Notes under the pieces: generated by a model | What the model was told of the DNA's origin: nothing | Database searches by the model: none | Seen by the model: the letters and a program-made list of their open reading frames with translations, nothing else | Position numbers and translations under genes: made by a program | Source: Octopus bimaculoides | Lineage: Eukaryota | Direction: 5' to 3' | DNA: 54,260 bases | NCBI RefSeq assembly: GCF_001194135.2 | Contig: NC_068985.1 | Coordinates: forward strand, 24,342,325-24,396,584 | In this document: positions 48,177-54,260 of the stretch, one piece after another | How the letters are laid out: each line of letters begins with the position of its first letter | Numbering within the stretch: the first letter of the stretch is position 1

Positions 48177-48934
48177 CTGTTTGAGCAAATATATGAACAT
48201 AATAATGGTTATACACGTACATATATTAGTACATATAGAGCCTTAATTGTAAACCATCGCATCCTCCTCATCATAGCTTATCTCCTTTCCTCCTTCTCCT
48301 CATCATCATGTATTTATTATAAATACTCTGCATAAAATATGAAAGCAATTTTTCTTGTATCCTTCCAATGCAATAAGTAAGAAATTTTCTTTTTCCTTTT
48401 TTTTTTTTACTAGATACATTTTTTTTTGTCTGGACGACTGACCAAGCCCAACAACGTCTCAGAAAAAGCATGCGTAAAATATATTCAGGAAAAGAAAATA
48501 AAGCCTGCCCAGTGTACTCCAAGAATACATGATTTACTATATAGGCAATATTTATAAATTGAAATCTAAAATAGACCAAGAAAGCTGTCACGTTCTTTTG
48601 TTTCCTTCTGCAAGACTAGTCAGCAAGAAAGAAGATACAGAACCAAATTGATGGCTTTTTCAGAGAAAAGATCCAGCTATAATTNNNNNNNNNNNNNNNN
48701 NNNNNNNNNNNNNNNNNNNNNNNNNNNNNNNNNNNNNNNNNNNNNNNNNNNNNNNNNNNNNNNNNNNNNNNNNNNNNTGTTAGCTGAAAAACAAATACTT
48801 GTAGATAATTTTGTGAAAATTTCAATTTCAAGCTGTTACTTAGTGTCGACTGTGACTTCGATTGAAGAGGAGGAAGTCTACAAGTTAAGGCTCATTGTTG
48901 TTGTTGTTATTATTGCTGCTGCTGCTGCTGCTGC

Positions 48935-48961
<27 letters not shown>

Positions 48962-48967
<6 letters not shown>

Positions 48968-49150
48968 GTTTTAAATCAAGCCTGATCGAAAAGACCTAAG
49001 ATCAACTACATTTGATTATTTGCCTTCTTGTCCTTTTAGCGAGGTGTCTAGGACCCAATTTCCAAGATGTTCTTTCCCTACTGAAGATAGCTGGGTGAAA
49101 TTTGAAAGAGATTTAGCTGTTATTTTCAGCAGTGTGAGTGACCATATACA
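48962..49150. mobile_element. Family E fragment following a (GTT)n tail
   Basis: tgtttagttttaaatcaagcctgatcgaaaagacctaagatcaa...gagatttagctgttattttcagcag. Confidence 0.6.
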
Positions 49151-49350
49151 AACTCACCGGTTATGCAATGTGGCTCATTTATTTTCACTCTCTCCATAGC
49201 ACTCTAACACTCAGTCTCTCTCTAATCTAATCTCTCTCTGTCCCTCTCCCACTCACTCACTCTCTCTCTTTCTCTTTCTCTCTCTCTTCATGTAAGAGAG
49301 CAATAAGTAATAAATTTTCTTAATTTTTTTACTAGATACAGTTTTTCGTG

Positions 49351-49662
49351 AAGGTGCGTGCCCTAGTGGTTAAGGTATTGCTAGGGCGTGCACTCCTGAT
49401 TACAAGATCGTGGGTTCGATTGCCAGACAGGGATTGCATTGTCTTCTCGAACAAAACACTTCATTTCACTTTGCTCCTGTCCACCCGACTGTAAACGGGT
49501 AACCCTGCAAAAGATAGGCTTTCTGTTGTAAGGGGGAATATCGGCCAGCCTAATCACCAACTGGCTGACATCATCCGAAAGCTAAGAAAATAGCTAGGAA
49601 GCGCATTGTGACAATCGGTGTTTAACAAGGTCCGACAGTTTAGTAGATACTGTTTGATATCT
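49351..49662 (+). mobile_element. tRNA-headed CORE-type SINE with a third tail type
   Basis: cctagtggttaagg A-box-like and gggttcgattgcc B box; CORE-like ttgtcttctcgaacaaaacacttcatttcactttgctcctgtccacccgactgtaaacgggta; followed by (AGAC)/(AGAT). Confidence 0.68.
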
Positions 49663-49718
49663 AGACAGACAAACGGACAGATAGACAACGTGGTAGGCAG
49701 ACAGACAGACAGACAGTG

Positions 49719-49779
<61 letters not shown>

Positions 49780-50039
49780 GTGCGAATGGCTGGGTGGTTG
49801 GATGCATGGATGAATGGATGGATGGTTGATGGATGGATGGATGGATGGATGGATGGATGGTTGGATGGATGCCTCGATATCTCAATCAGCACATACATAC
49901 ACACATACAAACTCTCAGAGTCTCAGACAAGATTTGATAAATTTACAAGGTCGATATATCTCCGTAGTATCTCCTCTCTTAGAAGCTAAAAATACCGTAT
50001 TATCACCAGGATAATCCTGACAATGACAACAGTGATAAG

Positions 50040-50250
50040 AATGATGGTAGTGGTGGTTGTTTTGGTGGTGGTGGAGGTGGTGGTCGTGGTGGTGGTGGTG
50101 GTGGTCGTCGTCGTCGTCGTTGTCGTAACGGAGGTGGAGATAACTGTTACGATGGTGATGATAATGATTGATAAAGATGGTGGTGGTGGTGGTAATGGTA
50201 TTGATTGTTATACGAGTGGTGGTGGTAATGATGACGACGAGGATGAGGTA
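50040..50250. repeat. (GGT)/(CGT)/(GAT) trinucleotide tract
   Basis: Direct reading. Confidence 0.88.
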
Positions 50251-50812
50251 ATGGCAATGAAGCCTGCCAATAAGCGTTCCAGCGGCTTGACATTCCAAAT
50301 CGAACTTACTTTACAAGAGTCAAGAGACATCTGGTTCTCTATTCGGTCCGCCGACACAAGAAAAACTAAAACTGTTTATGACATCTTTATCAAATGATGT
50401 ATTAGATAAGATACTTATCTCGCGTAAATATCAATCATGATGATCCACATCTTAAGGGGTCATCTAATTGATCTCGCTTTAAAAGTCGATTCCCTCTATC
50501 GGTTGATTTCAAGGCTGGGTGGGAGATTATCCCAGATTAAAAGGTGATTGATCGATTCCTTAACCTTCACATTCTTAATTCTTAAATATATTCTGCAGCA
50601 GATGAAATAAATATTTACTAATAGACTTCTTACAATTAAGGTATGTACGCGTATAAGCATCTGAATGTGTATGTGCTTCTGTGTGTAACACGCTACACAG
50701 GCGCTAAGTAAGCGTGCACATAGAAAGATGCACACGCAGACATACACGTATATACACACACACACATATATATATATGTCTGTCTGTATATATGTATGTA
50801 TGTATATACATA

Positions 50813-50843
<31 letters not shown>

Positions 50844-51712
50844 NNNNNNNNNNNNNNNNNNNNNNNNNNNNNNNNNNNNNNNNNNNNNNNNNNNNNNNNN
50901 NNNNNNNNNNNNNNNNNNNNNNNNNNNNNNNNNNNNNNNNNNNNNNNNNNNNNNNNNNNNNNNNNNNNNNNNNNNNNNNNNNNNNNNNNNNNNNNNNNNN
51001 NNNNNNNNNNNNNNNNNNNNNNNNNNNNNNNNNNNNNNNNNNNNNNNNNNNNNNNNNNNNNNNNNNNNNNNNNNNNNNNNNNNNNNNNNNNNNNNNNNNN
51101 NNNNNNNNNNNNNNNNNNNNNNNNNNNNNNNNNNNNNNNNNNNNNNNNNNNNNNNNNNNNNNNNNNNNNNNNNNNNNNNNNNNNNNNNNNNNNNNNNNNN
51201 NNNNNNNNNNNNNNNNNNNNNNNNNNNNNNNNNNNNNNNNNNNNNNNNNNNNNNNNNNNNNNNNNNNNNNNNNNNNNNNNNNNNNNNNNNNNNNNNNNNN
51301 NNNNNNNNNNNNNNNNNNNNNNNNNNNNNNNNNNNNNNNNNNNNNNNNNNNNNNNNNNNNNNNNNNNNNATATATTTATATACATTTAACTCTATATGAA
51401 GCATTCATACAAAATTTTTCAATAAAGTCATATTGTGAGAAACTGTGTGTATACATGACCGAGTCATATTCCAGACTAAGTACATTTTAGTACGGAGTTC
51501 TTTAATTTTTCCTGTGATTTACGTTCGTTTGTTAACCTTACAGGATCAATAAAATATGTATCAGTAAAAGACTACTGGACAAGGCAGTCAACTAAATCTA
51601 ACAATTCACCATCATAACCGCTCCATATATCTAGGAAACATATACACCGTGTCAGATTCTATTAATACTAAGGACGCGTGTGGCCAAGTAGGCCATTCAT
51701 ATTTTGTCAACA

Positions 51713-51928
51713 TTCTTTTCTACTCTAAGCACAAGGCTTGAAATTTAGGGGGAGGGGACCAGTCGATTAGATCGACCCCAGTACGGATCTGGTAATTAAT
51801 TTATCGACCCCGAAAGGATGAAAGGCAAAGTCGATCTCGGCGGAACTTGAACTCAGAACGTAAAGACAAACGAAATACCTCTAAGCATTTCACCCGGCGT
51901 GCTAACGTTTCTGTCAGTTCGCCGCCAT
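51713..51928 (-). mobile_element. SINE family B, full length, 11-bp TSD
   Basis: TSD ttttgtcaaca at 51702-51712 and 51929-51939. Confidence 0.92.
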
Positions 51929-52436
51929 TTTTGTCAACAATATTGTATGAAGTCCATGGCCACTATACAATCACATGACCCTTTGTAACCTTTCTAACAA
52001 TTTTGAAAATAAGTCTTCTTCCAGATGATTTTTATTGCAAATAAGGATCTCTAGGTTGTAGGCAGGCAGGGTATGGTTCTGTAGCTTTTTACATTTGCTG
52101 TTTAACCTTCAGAAATAAGATAACCTTCGTTGCAATAAGTAAAGTATTGTCTCTGGTTCTGTCAGCATCTATGCTAATACATTATGTGTAGCCAAAACTT
52201 TAAGAAATGTTTCTTCTTCTAGTTGTAGTTGATGTTATCATTGTTGCTGCAGTTGTTGTTCTTGTTATTCTTGAGTCTCTAGGATACATCTTGTATTGTT
52301 ATGGCCTCGCAAGATGTCCAAGTGTTGTGTCAGTTGTTTTGAATAACTTTGTCAGTGGTGATGCCTATGGCAGATAGGAAATAGGCAAACAGGCGATTCT
52401 GTGTAGGAAATAAAAGAAATTTTTACTATTATTAGC

Positions 52437-52545
52437 GAGTTGGCAGAATCGTTTGGCGCGTCGAACAAAATGTTTTGCGTCTTTTCTTTCGGATTTTTAG
52501 GTTAGTGCTCAAATTCCGCAGAGATCAACTTTGCCTTTCATTCCC
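52437..52545 (+). mobile_element. SINE family B, 5' fragment
   Basis: gcgagttggcagaatcgtt...ctcaaattccgcagagatcaactttgcctttcat. Confidence 0.7.
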
Positions 52546-52659
52546 AAAATAAAGAATCAATCAAGCCCTGTTGTCGTTGTAATCGTCTTTTCTCTCTTTT
52601 CAAAATTGCGAATCTTGAGTCAAAGTTCGAAAGAATTATCATTAATACATCAATAACAA

Positions 52660-52798
52660 CAGCAGCAACAACAACAACAACAACAACTACTACTACTACT
52701 ACTACTACTACTGCAGCTGCTGCTGCTGTTGCTACACCAACGGGTGGTGGATAGCTGAATATGTATGCATCGAATAAATTTATCATTATTATCATTAC

Positions 52799-52854
<56 letters not shown>

Positions 52855-52871
52855 CGTCATCAGTAGTAGTG

Positions 52872-52932
<61 letters not shown>

Positions 52933-53078
52933 GAGGAGGAGGAGGAGGAGGAGGAGTTGTAACTATTTTTGACCGTATTATATTTTTATCAGTACTAGCA
53001 CCACCACCACTATCACCACCACCACCGCCGCCGCCGCCGCCGTCATCGTCATCGCCGTCATCATCATCATCATCATCA

Positions 53079-53111
<33 letters not shown>

Positions 53112-53125
53112 TCGTCATCATCATT
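52660..53125. repeat. Compound trinucleotide tract (AAC/ACT/GCT/ATT/GTA/GGA/CCA/CCG/TCA/TCG)
   Basis: Direct reading. Confidence 0.9.
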
Positions 53126-53722
53126 TCCAAAGGCAGCGATAGTTCAGATATATTTCAGCTTCTGTGCTTGCTCTGTGATGCTATTATTATAAACTGCTGC
53201 ACACGACTGTCAGTTTAATCCGATTAATAAAACCTACACAAATTGTAGATTTTAAATAAAATTATTAATCTTCCAATTTTGTGTGGTTTTGCTTTGTGTC
53301 TTTGTTTGTTTTGTGTTGCAGATATTTGCTGCAATTTGGATCAATTCGAAAACAATGAGATTTATCTCCAGTTTTGAATATTTTCTGAAATAGTTACACA
53401 GCTTCTATGCAGTATCCTCAGCTATTTAGTTTTAGATGTGCGGGTTATTTAGTTTCGGTCATATAGTTATTCGTCATGGACGAATCAGACGTATTCTTGT
53501 CTGTCTCTTGTCCAAGCTTGTTTCTTCGCAGTCGCTACCTCACTTCGTTTAGGCTTAGCAGCCCTCCCTGTTTGTTTTCACTGTCCTATTTTTGTTACCA
53601 ATTTTGACCCTGCGCAAAATCCCAAATTTTATTTAATTTGCTTTGTGGAAGCAACTCTTTTATCGAAGGTCTATCTTGTCGTGAAATGCTCGAAATACAG
53701 ATAAGAAAAAGAGTCGACAGAT

Positions 53723-53953
53723 GGTGAGATGGCAGAAACGTTAGCACGCCGGGTGAAATGCTTAGCGTATTTCGAAATGCTTAGCGGCTACATTCTGAGT
53801 TCAAATTCCGCCGAGGTCGACTTTGCCTTTCGTCCTTTCGGGATCGATTAAATAAGTACCAGTTACGCGCTGGGGTCGACATAAACGACTTAATCCGTAT
53901 GTCTGTCCTTGTTTGTCCCCTCTGTGCGTAGCCCCTCGTGGGCAGTAAAAAAA
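53723..53953 (+). mobile_element. SINE family B, full length, with an internal gaaatgcttagcg duplication
   Basis: Same subfamily as 3563 and 5503; gaaatgcttagcg appears twice and replaces part of the head. Confidence 0.9.
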
Positions 53954-54260
53954 TATAAAAAAAAGCTAACAACTGATGAAGGGTCGTTCCTTATGTTGTA
54001 TGTCTTGTTTTCCATTTGTTTCCTTCGTTGTTCGCAAAAACAAGTTCATATTCCATGTATTCGTATTTCGTATTCCGTATTTTCGTATTTTTGTTGTTTA
54101 CGTTCTTTGACGTCGTGTGCCCACATATGCATATGTATATACGTACATATGAAAGTATGTACATATACGTAGGTATATATGCATATGTATTATATTATAA
54201 TATATTATATTACATTATATCATATTACATCATATTATATACATACATACATATATATAT

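Noticed and set aside
52687-52930. (ACT)n and (AGT)n complementary tracts forming a hairpin
   Set aside because: Expected by chance given the density of trinucleotide tracts.
53320-53400. Exon after the strong acceptor ttgtttgttttgtgttgcag
   Set aside because: Open frames close within about 18-23 codons, and there is no homology I can recognise.
53973-53995. ctgatgaaggg..cc hammerhead 5' core
   Set aside because: The required GAAA half is absent (ttatg follows), so no ribozyme fold can be formed.

Overview
Repeat-dense, AT-rich eukaryotic DNA from a gapped draft assembly, with 15 N-gaps, most of them flanked by microsatellites. I find no supportable host protein-coding gene, true tRNA/rRNA gene or CRISPR array. 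Nearly all ORFs in the supplied track are artefacts of microsatellites, N-runs or SINEs. The repeat landscape suggests an octopus/coleoid cephalopod genome (inference; no database check). Contents: (i) more than 30 copies or fragments of tRNA-headed SINEs, which I label A, B, C and CORE-type, several with clear target-site duplications (TSDs) and with heads, central domains and tails shuffled between families; (ii) two tandem 3' fragments of an R4/Dong-like non-LTR retrotransposon (RLE endonuclease) embedded in (CATA)n; (iii) a decayed, internally deleted DD37D (maT) Tc1/mariner; (iv) a long palindromic MITE-like element with a ~600-bp solo-LTR-like insert at its centre; (v) several hammerhead-ribozyme-like motifs. 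The best leads are a minimal type I hammerhead fold with a shared non-canonical A6U core in two copies of a short non-coding repeat (26961-26998 minus, 21618-21656 plus), and a structured RNA with two hammerhead-like cores just downstream of the TATA box of the LTR-like insert (18455-18615). All alignments were done by eye, and element ends without TSDs are approximate.
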